This document shows positions 28,449-38,119 of a DNA stretch of 64,000 nucleotides, one piece after another. This DNA comes from an uncultured Chloroflexia bacterium (GTDB taxonomy: Bacteria > Chloroflexota > Limnocylindria > Limnocylindrales > CSP1-4): positions 1,792,001-1,856,000 of the forward strand of contig CAWEZH010000002.1 of assembly GCA_963813535.1 (NCBI GenBank). The letters run 5' to 3'. Within the stretch, counting starts at the first letter, position 1; each line of letters opens with the position of its first letter. A program made the translations under genes and the position numbers. The notes beneath the pieces are model-generated. The model was not told the origin of the DNA. It made no database searches and saw only the letters and a program-made list of their open reading frames with translations.

Positions 28449-29539
28449 GCGATCGCGCCGATCACAGCCGCATCTCTTGCCCGGGCAACGGTCTCCCCGT
28501 CGCGCCGCAGCTCGCGGATGTGCTCCAACGCCATCAGCCACATCAGCGTCGACTCAGCCCCCTGGTTGATGTTTGCCCCGGTGGGCGTGAGACCGTCGTA
28601 GCTTGTACCGCGGTCCGCGTCGGCCAGGTCCAGGCCAAGGTCATTGCGCCCGAGGAACCACCCGTAGGCACGCTCCATCGCGGCTCGGTACTTCACGTCC
28701 CCGGTATGCCGATACGCAGTCTCCGAAGCCAGCACGATAGCCGTCGCTTCGATCGGTTGCTGGTCGAACTGTGGCTTGGTCCCGCCGGCCGGCCACCACG
28801 TATTGCCCACTGGCGAGAAATGGCCGGCAGGTGCCGTCTGGGCCACGATGAGCCAGTCCAACGTATCCAAGCCGGTCTGGATCATGGCGGGCGAGTCGAG
28901 CTGGATCCCGGCTCGGAGCAGCGCGTGCACCGGCAACGCGTTCTCATAGGTCACTCGAGCCTCGGGCCAGGGCCACGCGGACCCAGCCGTTCGATCGAAT
29001 GCCGTTCGCAGCTGGCGCGCGATCGAGCGGTGCGCCAGCGTCGTCGGTCCGTTCGCCAGGGCCGGGAGGGCTGCCTGGCAACCGAGGAGCACGGATGACT
29101 TCGCCCGGAGCGCGGCGACGTCCTGGGCCGCTGGCAGTGCGCGCAGGAACAACAGCGACGCCCGCTCGGTCATCTGCTCATCCGTGGCGCCGCTGACGGT
29201 CTCGCCCAGCGCGAGCATGGCTCGTCCCTGGGAGTCCTCGGAGGCCGTGCCGTCCAGCCACGTCCCATCGACTCGGCGGAAGTTCCGGAATCGCCCGCTG
29301 GTGCCGTCGAAGGCGTCCTCGAGGAATCGGAGGCTGCGCCAGGCGCTCGTCGCGACGGCATCCCAGCCGAGCTCCCGCTGATGCAGGAGGTCGACCTGGA
29401 GCGCCCGGGCGACGTCGTCCACGCAGTAGCCGTGGTCGGGATCGGGTCGACTCCCGATCGCGTGCTGCATGATGCCGATCCCGTCGGTGAGGACGTCCAG
29501 ATGGACGCGACTCACGGGATGGAGCGGTGCCTCAAGCAT
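28445..29539 (-). CDS. (alpha/alpha)-barrel glycosidase-like protein (domain often fused to GT4)
   Basis: GIMQHA, GYCVDDVARAL, SEDSQGR, TYENA, FDQQPIE, NINQGAEST. Confidence 0.8.
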   Translation of the reverse strand: MLEAPLHPVSRVHLDVLTDGIGIMQHAIGSRPDPDHGYCVDDVARALQVDLLHQRELGWDAVATSAWRSLRFLEDAFDGTSGRFRNFRRVDGTWLDGTASEDSQGRAMLALGETVSGATDEQMTERASLLFLRALPAAQDVAALRAKSSVLLGCQAALPALANGPTTLAHRSIARQLRTAFDRTAGSAWPWPEARVTYENALPVHALLRAGIQLDSPAMIQTGLDTLDWLIVAQTAPAGHFSPVGNTWWPAGGTKPQFDQQPIEATAIVLASETAYRHTGDVKYRAAMERAYGWFLGRNDLGLDLADADRGTSYDGLTPTGANINQGAESTLMWLMALEHIRELRRDGETVARARDAAVIGAIA

Positions 29540-30695
29540 TGATCGCGGCCAGCGACTCAGCACGCACGTGCTGCGGGACCCTGGTGGCGACTCGCTCGAA
29601 GACGCCCTGGTATCGGGCGCCGACGGCCGGCCACACCATCTCGCGGCTGTAGGCATAGGCTCGACGCCCAAGGCTCGTCCGCAACTCGTCGTCGCCGAGG
29701 ACTCGGTCGAGGGCCCCGGCCAGCGCCGTCGCCGAATGTGGTTCGACCAACAGGCCTCGGCCGTCTGCCAGCAGCTCGGTCGCGTAGGTGTACGGCGTCG
29801 AGACGATCGCGCATCCGGCGCCCATCGCATACGACAGCGTCCCCGACACGATCTGGTCGAGCTTCGGGTAGGGCGTGACGAACACGTCGGCCGCCTCCAA
29901 CCAGCGCGTCAGCTCGACGCGGCCGAGGAATCGGTCGACGAACCGGACGTGCCCTTGCATCCCCAGCCTGCTCACCTGGGCCTCGAGGCGCTGGCGATAG
30001 GCCTCGCCCTCCGTTCGGATCAGATCCGGGTGGGTGGCTCCGACCATGACGTAGCACGCTGCCGGGTTCGCCGCCACGACCGCGGGGAGTGCCTCGAGCA
30101 CGAGCTCATAGCCCTTGCCTGGGCCTAACAGACCGAAGCTCAGGATGACGTCCCGGCCGGCGACGCCGAGCGAAGCCTTGACCGTCTCGGGCTTGACGAG
30201 CGGCAGATTCGGCACGCCGTGCGGGATGACATCGAGGCGACCCTCGTCGACACCATAAGCGTCGGCCAGCAGCGATGCCGCCGATCGCGACATGACGACG
30301 GTCGCTGCACTCCGGGCGACGAGCTCCGAAAGGATCGACCGCTGCGAATCAGAGGGATCGGGCAGCACGGTGTGGAGCGTCGTGACCGCCGGCACATGCA
30401 GCGAGCGGACGAAGTCGATCACGTAGGCGCCGTCATCGCCGCCCCAGATCCCGTACTCATGCTGGATCGAGACGACGTCGACGCACTGTTCGATGGATCG
30501 TGCGACCTGACCGTAGTCGCCATGCTCGTCCCGCCGGATCCGGTGATGGACCTCGAGCGGATAGGGCGCCGACTGTCCGGGTGGATGCAGCGCGACGATC
30601 TCGCGGCTACCCGTGGCTGACGCCAGGTCCTGGGTGAACGACGCGATGCCGCATCGTCGGGGTGGATACGTGGAAACGAATGCCGTCCGTACGAT
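29532..30695 (-). CDS. glycosyltransferase family 4; apparent non-canonical ATC start
   Basis: Uninterrupted frame STYPPRRCGIASF...QHEYGIWGG...FGLLGPGKG...SGTLSYAMG; AGGAGGT SD 5 nt before ATC. Confidence 0.85.
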   Translation of the reverse strand: MVRTAFVSTYPPRRCGIASFTQDLASATGSREIVALHPPGQSAPYPLEVHHRIRRDEHGDYGQVARSIEQCVDVVSIQHEYGIWGGDDGAYVIDFVRSLHVPAVTTLHTVLPDPSDSQRSILSELVARSAATVVMSRSAASLLADAYGVDEGRLDVIPHGVPNLPLVKPETVKASLGVAGRDVILSFGLLGPGKGYELVLEALPAVVAANPAACYVMVGATHPDLIRTEGEAYRQRLEAQVSRLGMQGHVRFVDRFLGRVELTRWLEAADVFVTPYPKLDQIVSGTLSYAMGAGCAIVSTPYTYATELLADGRGLLVEPHSATALAGALDRVLGDDELRTSLGRRAYAYSREMVWPAVGARYQGVFERVATRVPQHVRAESLAAINA

Positions 30696-30721
30696 GACGG
30701 ACCTCCTCTCGATCGCGCACG

Positions 30722-30832
30722 CCGGCGACCGGAACGGGTCGGTCGGCTCATACCGACCGACCGGACACGATCGCCGGGAACACGTGAGTCGGGCTCGGCA
30801 CCGCTCCGGGTGGGACCGGTGCGAGTCCCGAC
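30722..30832 (-). other. two long hairpins in the csp-GT4 spacer
   Basis: GGTCGGTCGG/CCGACCGACC core at 30737-30762 with extended outer stem; second stem 30788-30832. Confidence 0.55.
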
Positions 30833-30839
30833 GGCGTGG

Positions 30840-31043
30840 TTAGGCGGATCGCACCTGTGTGGCGCGCGGGCCCTTGGGGCTGGTCTCGATCTCGAACTGG
30901 ACGCGCTCGCCGCCGACGAGGCGGTCGAAATCCAGCGAGCCGTCGAGGCCGCCGCGATGGAAGAAGTATTCCTTCTCGTCCTCGGCTGCGATGAAGCCGA
31001 AGCCACGGTCGGATACGACCTTCTTGATGGTACCGGTGGTCAT
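30840..31043 (-). CDS. cold-shock domain protein (CspA family)
   Basis: MTTGTIKK, RGFGFI, YFFH, KGPRA; GGAGGT RBS. Confidence 0.93.
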   Translation of the reverse strand: MTTGTIKKVVSDRGFGFIAAEDEKEYFFHRGGLDGSLDFDRLVGGERVQFEIETSPKGPRATQVRSA

Positions 31044-31147
31044 GAGGACCTCCAAAACTTCCCGAACCTGGCTTGCAAGACGCACGGCCCGTCCGAGAAG
31101 GAGGTCGACCACGCGGAGCATCGCCGCGAGTCGCAGCGAAGTCACTC

Positions 31148-31156
31148 ATCATAGCA
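31148..31156 (-). promoter_or_regulatory. extended -10 promoter (TG-C-TATGAT) giving a ~100-nt csp 5'UTR
   Basis: TGCTATGAT on the minus strand; long leaders are typical of csp genes. Confidence 0.55.
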
Positions 31157-31253
31157 CATTTGTTCCACACGGCCCCGCAGAAGAGGCCCCCGCGGGTGGA
31201 CGCTCGGGGTATCCTGAGGTCGGAGGGGGTATCGAAAAGCGGGGGCGCTATCG

Positions 31254-32426
31254 ATGCCACGATCACGCTCGACCAAGGCCGCAGTCATCACCGCGGTCCT
31301 CCTGCTGCTCACGCTCGCAGGAGTCGTCCTGGCACAGTCGGCCAGGGAGAAGCTCCGCACCGGAAACACCGTGACCGTCGCCGCAGGCGAGACCGTCGCG
31401 AGTGACCTCTACGCGTTCGCCGGGACGGTCCGGATCGACGGCACCGTCGACGGCGACCTCATCGCCACGGGCGGATCGATCGATGTGACGGGCTCCGTGA
31501 CCGGCGACGTGCTCGCGGCCGGGGGCAACGTATCCATCGACGGCACGGTCGATGGCGATGTGCGGATGGCCGGTGGGACGCTCACGGTCGGCGGTTCGGT
31601 GGCCGAGGATGTCGTCGCCGCCGGCGGCCAGCTGACGCTCGCCTCGTCGGGTTCGATCGGCGAGGACCTGTTCGCCTCGACGGGCCGGTTGTCCATCGAT
31701 GGCGCCGTGACCGGCGACGTCCTGGCGAGCACCGGTGCCTACGCCAAGACGGGAACGGTCGGTGGCAGCGAGGACGTCCGGATCACCTCCGCACCCACGA
31801 CACCCAGCGGTCCTGCGGCCGCGCCGACACCCATCGACCAGGTGATCGACGCCATCCGCCATTTCCTCGTCGTCCTGCTCGTCGGCGCCATCCTGATCTG
31901 GTTGGCGCCGCGCGCCTACGAGGCCATGAAGGTAGCCGTCCAGAAGAGGCCACTCCCGGCCCTTGGCTGGGGCATCGCGGCGTTCTTCGGCTTCATCGCG
32001 CTGCTCATCCTGATCGTGATCGCGATGATCCTGCTGGCCATCTTCTTCGGTGTCCTCGGCTTCGACGACTTGGTCGGTCTCGACATCGTGGGCGGCGTCG
32101 TCGCGATGCTTGGCGTGATCCTCGGGTTCGTGATCGTGTGCTCCTACGTCGCCGACGCGATCGTCGGTGCGGCGTTGGCCGGCGTGGTCATGCGCGACCG
32201 GGCGACCGATCGAACGCGCGAGCTGGCGATCCTTGCGGTCGGGGCAGCCGTCGTGGTTCTGGTCTCGTCCTTGCCGGTCCTGGGACCATGGGTGAAGCTG
32301 GTCGTGGCCCTGCTCGGCCTGGGCGCCGTCGTGATCGCGCTGTGGCGGTCGCGCGGGTCCTCAGGCATGGGCGAGCCGATGGTGACGCCGGTGCCACCGA
32401 CCCCGACACAGCCGACAGCCACCTGA
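31254..32426 (+). CDS. membrane protein with bactofilin-like beta-helix repeats (polymer-forming cytoskeletal family)
   Basis: Signal peptide; 15-aa repeats IDGTVDGDLIATGG / VTGSVTGDVLAAGG; several C-terminal TMs. Confidence 0.8.
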   Translation: MPRSRSTKAAVITAVLLLLTLAGVVLAQSAREKLRTGNTVTVAAGETVASDLYAFAGTVRIDGTVDGDLIATGGSIDVTGSVTGDVLAAGGNVSIDGTVDGDVRMAGGTLTVGGSVAEDVVAAGGQLTLASSGSIGEDLFASTGRLSIDGAVTGDVLASTGAYAKTGTVGGSEDVRITSAPTTPSGPAAAPTPIDQVIDAIRHFLVVLLVGAILIWLAPRAYEAMKVAVQKRPLPALGWGIAAFFGFIALLILIVIAMILLAIFFGVLGFDDLVGLDIVGGVVAMLGVILGFVIVCSYVADAIVGAALAGVVMRDRATDRTRELAILAVGAAVVVLVSSLPVLGPWVKLVVALLGLGAVVIALWRSRGSSGMGEPMVTPVPPTPTQPTAT

Positions 32427-32509
32427 CTCCGGCGAGCACGACGATCGGCGATCCGAAGCCGTCTCGTCGACCCGTGCCGTAGACTCTGGAGCGCTGCTGT
32501 GCAGCTTGT

Positions 32510-32586
32510 CCGCCCGTAGCTCAGTGGATCAGAGCGACTGACTTCGGATCAGTAGGTCGGGGGTTCGAATCCCTCCGGGCGGGCCA
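32510..32586 (+). tRNA. tRNA-Arg (anticodon TCG)
   Basis: Acceptor CCGCCCG/CGGGCGG, D-arm GCTC/GAGC, anticodon arm ACTGA-CTTCGGA-TCAGT, T-loop TTCGAAT, encoded CCA. Confidence 0.95.
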
Positions 32587-32600
32587 TCTTCCTGAACACG

Positions 32601-32632
32601 AAAAGTCCCTCCGGGCAGTCCGGAGGGCTTTT
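32601..32632 (+). terminator. intrinsic (likely bidirectional) terminator after the tRNA
   Basis: AAAAG-T-CCCTCCGG/CCGGAGGG-CTTTT. Confidence 0.8.
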
Positions 32633-33234
32633 CGATCTGGAGCCATACCCGCGGCCGTACCCAACGCACGAAAGATGGCACGCGCGGAGGGACCACATCC
32701 CCCAAGACGGGTCCCCCGCGGCGATGCCTCGGGGAGTGTGGGCCCCCCGAGGGCCACCGCGTGACGCATTCGTCATTCGCCCTTGGGCGTAAGGTGCTTA
32801 GGGCGTCAGAGTCGCCCCCTCGCTGTTCCCCCAGGCGACCGGTAGGCGCTGCGCGCCCTCAGACGTTGCATCGGGCGTGACATCGAGCCATTCGGCGATC
32901 GCCGCCATCAGCGCAGCATGACGGCCCGTAATGACGTGGTGGCTGCGGGCCGATAGATTCTGCAAAGGGTGGGCGGCTGGCTGCGCGGTGCCGTCCACGA
33001 TTGAGACTCCACCCGAGGCTCGGCTACTGATCTGGGGGCCTGTGGCCGGGCCTCGTCCTTTGATCGCTCCAGGGCGGCTTGACCCGTACCCGGCACCGGT
33101 TCGGACTTGCGATCCCGGGCTACCCCCAACCGGCCAGCTCGTCCGGGCCGCCCGGGTTACGTATCCCGACCCCGGCAGGGCGACGAGGGCCAGGGTCCCG
33201 TCAGGTTCAGATCGGCGCGGCGTATGGTGGATCG

Positions 33235-33453
33235 GTGACCGAGAACCTTCCTGGCTACGTGCTGACGATCGGCGTTGGCCTCGCCGTCTTGCTCCTGACC
33301 TACCGGGTGGTCGTCCGGATCATGACCAGTCACGCGCATCGGGTCGTGAAAGGTCTGGTGGCCGTCCTTGCCGCTGCCGTCGGTGTGTTCGGCGCCGTGT
33401 TCCTTGCCTTCTGGACCCGTGCCCTGACGACGAAGACGTTCTGGATGGCCTGA
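33235..33453 (+). CDS. small two-TM hypothetical protein
   Basis: Two hydrophobic helices; GTG after a TATGGT -10-like hexamer. Confidence 0.5.
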   Translation: MTENLPGYVLTIGVGLAVLLLTYRVVVRIMTSHAHRVVKGLVAVLAAAVGVFGAVFLAFWTRALTTKTFWMA

Positions 33454-33472
33454 GTCGACCGATGGGGCGCGA

Positions 33473-33925
33473 GTGATGTACCAGCTCACGGAATTGGTCC
33501 GCATCGACCGCCCGTCAGCGGACGTCTGGGCGATCCTCATCGACTTTCCGAACGTCCCGACGTGGGAGAACGACGTGCTCGAGGTCCGGCAGACGTCCCC
33601 CGGCCCGGCGGCCGTCGGCACCACGTTCGTCGCCCGCCGCCTCTTCGGTGGACGGGAAAGCCTCATCGACTGCCGGATCACCGACTGGCAGGATGGCCGT
33701 GCCGTGACGATGGAGCTCATGGGCGGTGTCGTCCGCTCGGCGTCCGTAACCTACTCCGTCGAGTCGGTGGGCTCCGACGCATGCCAGGTCACGTACTCGA
33801 TCGACGGCCAGATGCGGTCTCTGCTCGCGTGGGCGACGCCGTTCATCCCGGCCATCGGAAGTCGGTTGGTCCGCTCTAATCTCGCGAACCTGGCGCGGCT
33901 AGCCGAGGACGCGGCCGCCGTCTAG
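33473..33925 (+). CDS. SRPBCC (polyketide cyclase/START-like) family protein
   Basis: IDRPSADVWAILIDFPNVPTW; C-terminal helix NLANLARLAE. Confidence 0.85.
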   Translation: MMYQLTELVRIDRPSADVWAILIDFPNVPTWENDVLEVRQTSPGPAAVGTTFVARRLFGGRESLIDCRITDWQDGRAVTMELMGGVVRSASVTYSVESVGSDACQVTYSIDGQMRSLLAWATPFIPAIGSRLVRSNLANLARLAEDAAAV

Positions 33926-33975
33926 GCGCACGCCACGGGCGCCTCCCCTGACCGGACGGGTCGCGCTCCCTGGTA

Positions 33976-34419
33976 TCAGCCTCGGTTCTGGCGTGCCTTG
34001 AGCGCCTCGGCATAGCGCTGGCGAAGTTGCTCGAACTGGCCCATCAGGTCGTCGGCCTCGGGCGTACCCGCCGTCGCCTCCATCAAGCGATGTTCGACGG
34101 CACGCCATGCCTCGAGGATCCCGGCCAATTCCTTGGCCGGACTCACATGCTCGATCGGTGGCAATGTCACGGCGTTCGGTCGGCCCGACATGGAGAGCGC
34201 GGTCAGTTCCTCCTGGCGCGCGAACGCCAGCGCCGATTCGGCCGCCAGGCGCACGTTACGCGCCAAACCGGCGAAGGCAGGGTCGGATGGGGGCATGCCT
34301 CGCTTGCGCCGCTCGAGCGCGTCGGTTTCGGCGATCGCGATCATGAGCTGGTCCGACGTCGCTCGGAGCATCTCGGCTTCGGGCATCAGATCCGCGTCGG
34401 GCGTCCGATCGTCGCTCAC
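33976..34419 (-). CDS. hypothetical helical protein
   Basis: GGAGGGA RBS; two similar amphipathic helical halves. Confidence 0.6.
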   Translation of the reverse strand: MSDDRTPDADLMPEAEMLRATSDQLMIAIAETDALERRKRGMPPSDPAFAGLARNVRLAAESALAFARQEELTALSMSGRPNAVTLPPIEHVSPAKELAGILEAWRAVEHRLMEATAGTPEADDLMGQFEQLRQRYAEALKARQNRG

Positions 34420-34597
34420 GTGGCGTCCCTCCCTGCGTGTGGCGATGGCGCCATTCTGGCGGGTCCTGCCGCGAGTGGTACTTTCGGGTCGTTGCTGGGA
34501 TGCACCACCCCCAGCACCATCGCCGCACGGGTCCCGAGTCGCTCCCTGTCACTGGGGGATCGGTCGAGCGCCGGGACCCTGACTCCCCCTCAGCCCC

Positions 34598-34912
34598 TTA
34601 CGCGTCCTCGAAGGACGGCTCGATATCGAGTGCCTCGTAGTGGGTGATCGTGATGTCGCTGATCATGTCCTCGGCGCCGGGCAACATCCGTGGCTTCGTC
34701 ACCTCCGGACCGGTCCAGCCGTAGAGCGACGCCGTGTCCCGCCACTCTTCGTAGAGCAGAACCTCTTCGATGTCGCCCTCGATGCGTCGCGCAAGCTTCA
34801 CGTAGACGAGCCCAGGGTGCTCGCGGAGGATCGGCAGCTGGGCACGCATGAGTGCATTGAAGGAACCGGCCCGATCCGTGCTAACGCGCGCCGTCACGAC
34901 CCGGACGATCAT
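34598..34912 (-). CDS. antibiotic biosynthesis monooxygenase (ABM) family protein
   Basis: HPGLV...YEEWRD...W; ferredoxin-like size. Confidence 0.75.
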   Translation of the reverse strand: MIVRVVTARVSTDRAGSFNALMRAQLPILREHPGLVYVKLARRIEGDIEEVLLYEEWRDTASLYGWTGPEVTKPRMLPGAEDMISDITITHYEALDIEPSFEDA

Positions 34913-35010
34913 GCGGCCAGCCTAGCGTTCGCTCCGGTCAACCGCGCCAAAGGCGCGTTGCAAATCGAAACCCACGGATGACAGCGCGGCCGTCTCGCTA
35001 GGCTCACGCG

Positions 35011-35766
35011 ATGGATGCATCGACGCTGTCGCGCGCCTGGTCCTGGCTGATCGCCGCCCCTGCCGACACGATCACGGAAGCGGACCGCCGAACGGTCGAC
35101 GTGGTCGGGCTCGATCTGCCCATCCGGGCATCGATCGCCGTGGCAGCGACGACCCTGCTGCTGCTCGTCGACTTCTCGCGCGTGCTGATCCCTGCATCGA
35201 TCCAGGACCTCGGGCATTCCGCAGCCGGTTTGCGGGCGATCGCGCTGGAACGGGTGGTGCTGTTCGGTGCGATCCCTTTGGCTATCGTCCTGCTCGGCTT
35301 CCGCGATCGACCCGCGCGCTACGGCATCACCCTTGGCGACGGCCGAGCGGGTGCCGTTCTCGCGCTGGTCGGCTGCATCGTCATGACGCCGATCGTGCTC
35401 TGGTTCGTGTCCCTTCCGGATGTCCGCGCCTACTACTCGGTCAGCGCCGCCCCGTTGAGCGAGGTCGTCATCACGAACGTCCTCGACCTGACGTCCTCGG
35501 AGTTCCTGTTCCGGGGCTTCCTGATGTTCACGCTGATCCGCGCGATCGGCCCGCTCGGCGTGCTCATCAGTGTCATGCCCTTCGCCTTCGGGCACCTCGG
35601 CAAGCCCGTCCTCGAGCTCCTCTCGACGCTCGTCGGCGGGCTCGCCTACGGCTGGCTGGCGTGGCGGACGCGATCGATCGTCTGGGGATCGATCGCGCAC
35701 GTCTACATCCTCAGCCTGGTGACCCTGGCGGCCGCGGCGGCCGTCGGGTCGGCCTCTACGCGGTGA
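35011..35766 (+). CDS. CPBP/Abi family intramembrane glutamic protease
   Basis: SEFLFRG, FAFGH, RTRSIVWGSIAH. Confidence 0.85.
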   Translation: MDASTLSRAWSWLIAAPADTITEADRRTVDVVGLDLPIRASIAVAATTLLLLVDFSRVLIPASIQDLGHSAAGLRAIALERVVLFGAIPLAIVLLGFRDRPARYGITLGDGRAGAVLALVGCIVMTPIVLWFVSLPDVRAYYSVSAAPLSEVVITNVLDLTSSEFLFRGFLMFTLIRAIGPLGVLISVMPFAFGHLGKPVLELLSTLVGGLAYGWLAWRTRSIVWGSIAHVYILSLVTLAAAAAVGSASTR

Positions 35767-37159
35767 CCGCGGCCGGCAGCCAGCCCGGCTCCGGGTCGCC
35801 GAACTTCCCGACGAGGTAGTCGCGCGACGCCTCGACTGCGCGACGTGGCCCGTCGAGCTCGGCAGTCAGCCTGAAGTCACGCTTCATGATCCGGCCGTCG
35901 ATGAGCACGGTCTTGACGTTGGAGATGTCTGCCGCGCACACCACCGCCCCGACGGGGTCGATGATCGGCGCGACGTTCACGGCGGACCCGTCGAGGACGA
36001 CGATGTCCGCCTTCTTGCCCGGCGTGATCGAGCCGGTACGGTCTGCCAGGCCGGCGACGACCGCGCCACCCTGTGTCGCCCACGAGAGGACCTGGCGCGA
36101 GGTGATGAGACCGGGCGAGGCCGTCAGGCCGTCGAGATCGTCGTCCCATGCCGCCTGGTGCTTCCGGCCACGCTCGGATCCGAAGATCGCATGCATCTGC
36201 GTGAACTGGTCGGCCGAGGCCGTCGTGGCGACGTCCGACGACAGGGCCATCGGCACGTCGAATTCGAGCGCCTTGACCGCCGGCGCCCAACCGTGGCCCA
36301 TCTGGATCTCGATCTGCGGGGCGAACGAGACGTTGCCACCGGAATCGCGGACGAGCCCCCACTCCTCGTCGGTGAAATGCGAGCCGTGGACGTATGTCGT
36401 TCCCGGATACAGGAGGTCGAGGTCGCGCAGCCCGGTGATCTGCCCCTTCGTGTAGCCGAACCGATCCATGCCCACATGGACCGTGATGTTGACGCCCAGC
36501 TCCTTGGCCAGCTCCCAATCGTGACGCACGACATCGGGCTTGCAGAAGCCCGTGCCACGCGTCGCCAGACCCATCGTGATCAGCCCGTCGTCGGAGGCGA
36601 AGTACTGCTTCCGGACGCGACGGGCGTCGTCGCCCGGTGTCGTGAGTTCGCTGCCGGCGAAGTCGGGACCGAACCACCAATCCTGCAGCGACGTGTTCGG
36701 GAAGCCGTACGCGAAGACCGACCGGATGCCCGATTCCTGGAGACCCCGGACCGCCTCGTCGGCGTGGGCGGGCGTGTTCATGATGTGCGACCAGTCGACG
36801 AGCGTCGTGATGCCCGCATTGATGCACTCGAGCGAGCCCCAGAGATTGGCCGCGTAGACATCGTCGGGGCGGTAGTGCGGCGCGAACTTGTCGAGGATCG
36901 ATCCGAAGTACGTGATCAGCGCGAAGTCGGGCGCCGAGGTCCGGATCGATGTCTCCCAGGTATGTCGATGGGTATCGATGAACCCCGGGATGACGATGTC
37001 GCCCCCCGCGTCGATGACGTCGGCGTCGGCCGCGTCGAGGTTCGGACCGACGGCTTCGATCAGATCGTCCTCGATGAGGATGTCGGCTTTCGGCAGCTCG
37101 CCGAGCTTGTCGTCCTGGGTCAGGACGATGCCGCCCTTGATCAACGTCCGGTTGCTCAC
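35756..37159 (-). CDS. metal-dependent amidohydrolase/deaminase
   Basis: PGFIDTHRH, GITTLVDWSH, TVHVG, LSSD, GSITPGKKADIV. Confidence 0.88.
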   Translation of the reverse strand: MSNRTLIKGGIVLTQDDKLGELPKADILIEDDLIEAVGPNLDAADADVIDAGGDIVIPGFIDTHRHTWETSIRTSAPDFALITYFGSILDKFAPHYRPDDVYAANLWGSLECINAGITTLVDWSHIMNTPAHADEAVRGLQESGIRSVFAYGFPNTSLQDWWFGPDFAGSELTTPGDDARRVRKQYFASDDGLITMGLATRGTGFCKPDVVRHDWELAKELGVNITVHVGMDRFGYTKGQITGLRDLDLLYPGTTYVHGSHFTDEEWGLVRDSGGNVSFAPQIEIQMGHGWAPAVKALEFDVPMALSSDVATTASADQFTQMHAIFGSERGRKHQAAWDDDLDGLTASPGLITSRQVLSWATQGGAVVAGLADRTGSITPGKKADIVVLDGSAVNVAPIIDPVGAVVCAADISNVKTVLIDGRIMKRDFRLTAELDGPRRAVEASRDYLVGKFGDPEPGWLPAAVTA

Positions 37160-37202
37160 GTGTGCCTCCTCTCGAACGGGCCTCGATCACGCCGGGTGAC
37201 GA

Positions 37203-38111
37203 TCACGGTGTTCGCGCAGTCGCCCCCTCCTCTGCCGAGTGCTGCTCACGCAGATGGGTCGCGACCGCGGAGAAGTCCAGACCGCCGTCGCCGGCCGCGA
37301 TCACGGCCTCGATGACGGCGAGGTTCGTGGTGGCCTGGGGCATCGCCAGCTCGACGGCGTCGGCCAGCTCGGCGATGAGCCGCAGGTCCTTGGCCGCAAG
37401 GTCCGCGGCGAAGGCCACTGGCGTGCCGTCCGGGTCGAGGAACGCCGTACGCTTGTAGCCGACGTACGGCGCGGCCACGGCGCTCGCCGCCAGGACCTCG
37501 TACGCGCGCTCGCGCGCGATCCCTGCCCGCTCCGCGAGGACGAGGCCCTCGGCCAGCGCCTCGTTCAGGCCGAAGATCACCGTATTGACGGCCAGCTTCA
37601 TGGCCGTGCCGCTGCCCAGCGGGCCGAGGTGGAAGAGCGTGCTGCCGTACGCCTCGAGGACCGGTCGGGCGCGCTCGAGGTCCTCGGCCTGGCCGCCGAC
37701 CATCAGGGTCAGCTTGCCGCTCTCGGCGAGGGCGACGCTGCCCGACACCGGTGCATCGAGGACGCCCGCCCCCCGCGCCCGGATGGCCGACTCGTGCCGC
37801 CGGAGCACCGCGGGAGGGACGGTCGAACTGTCGACCAGGACGGCTCCGTGGCGCGCCCCGGCGATCAGGCCATCCGACCCGTCGTAGACGGCGTCGACCG
37901 CCGAACCATCTGCGAGCATCGAGATCGTGATGTCGGCGGCCGCGGTGACGTCGGCGGGTCGTGCGACCGCGCGCCCGCCGAGCTCCGACGCGAGTGCCTC
38001 GGAGGCTGCCGGGGTGCGGTTCCAGACGACGACGTCGTGGCCGGCTCCGTGTATGGCCCGCGCCATCGCGCTACCCATGCGGCCGGCCCCGACCAGGCCA
38101 ACGGTCACCAT
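37203..38111 (-). CDS. NAD(P)-dependent beta-hydroxyacid dehydrogenase (3-hydroxyisobutyrate DH family)
   Basis: GAGRMG, VWNRT, DAPVSGS, MKLAVN, KDL. Confidence 0.9.
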   Translation of the reverse strand: MVTVGLVGAGRMGSAMARAIHGAGHDVVVWNRTPAASEALASELGGRAVARPADVTAAADITISMLADGSAVDAVYDGSDGLIAGARHGAVLVDSSTVPPAVLRRHESAIRARGAGVLDAPVSGSVALAESGKLTLMVGGQAEDLERARPVLEAYGSTLFHLGPLGSGTAMKLAVNTVIFGLNEALAEGLVLAERAGIARERAYEVLAASAVAAPYVGYKRTAFLDPDGTPVAFAADLAAKDLRLIAELADAVELAMPQATTNLAVIEAVIAAGDGGLDFSAVATHLREQHSAEEGATARTP

Positions 38112-38119
38112 GGTGCCGC

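Noticed and set aside
32798-32998. 66-aa ORF with GGAG upstream
   Set aside because: No recognisable motif and weak codon bias; cannot be supported as a gene
32587-34600. Genomic island integrated at tRNA-Arg
   Set aside because: A terminator follows the tRNA directly; no integrase and no duplicated tRNA 3' end found in the window
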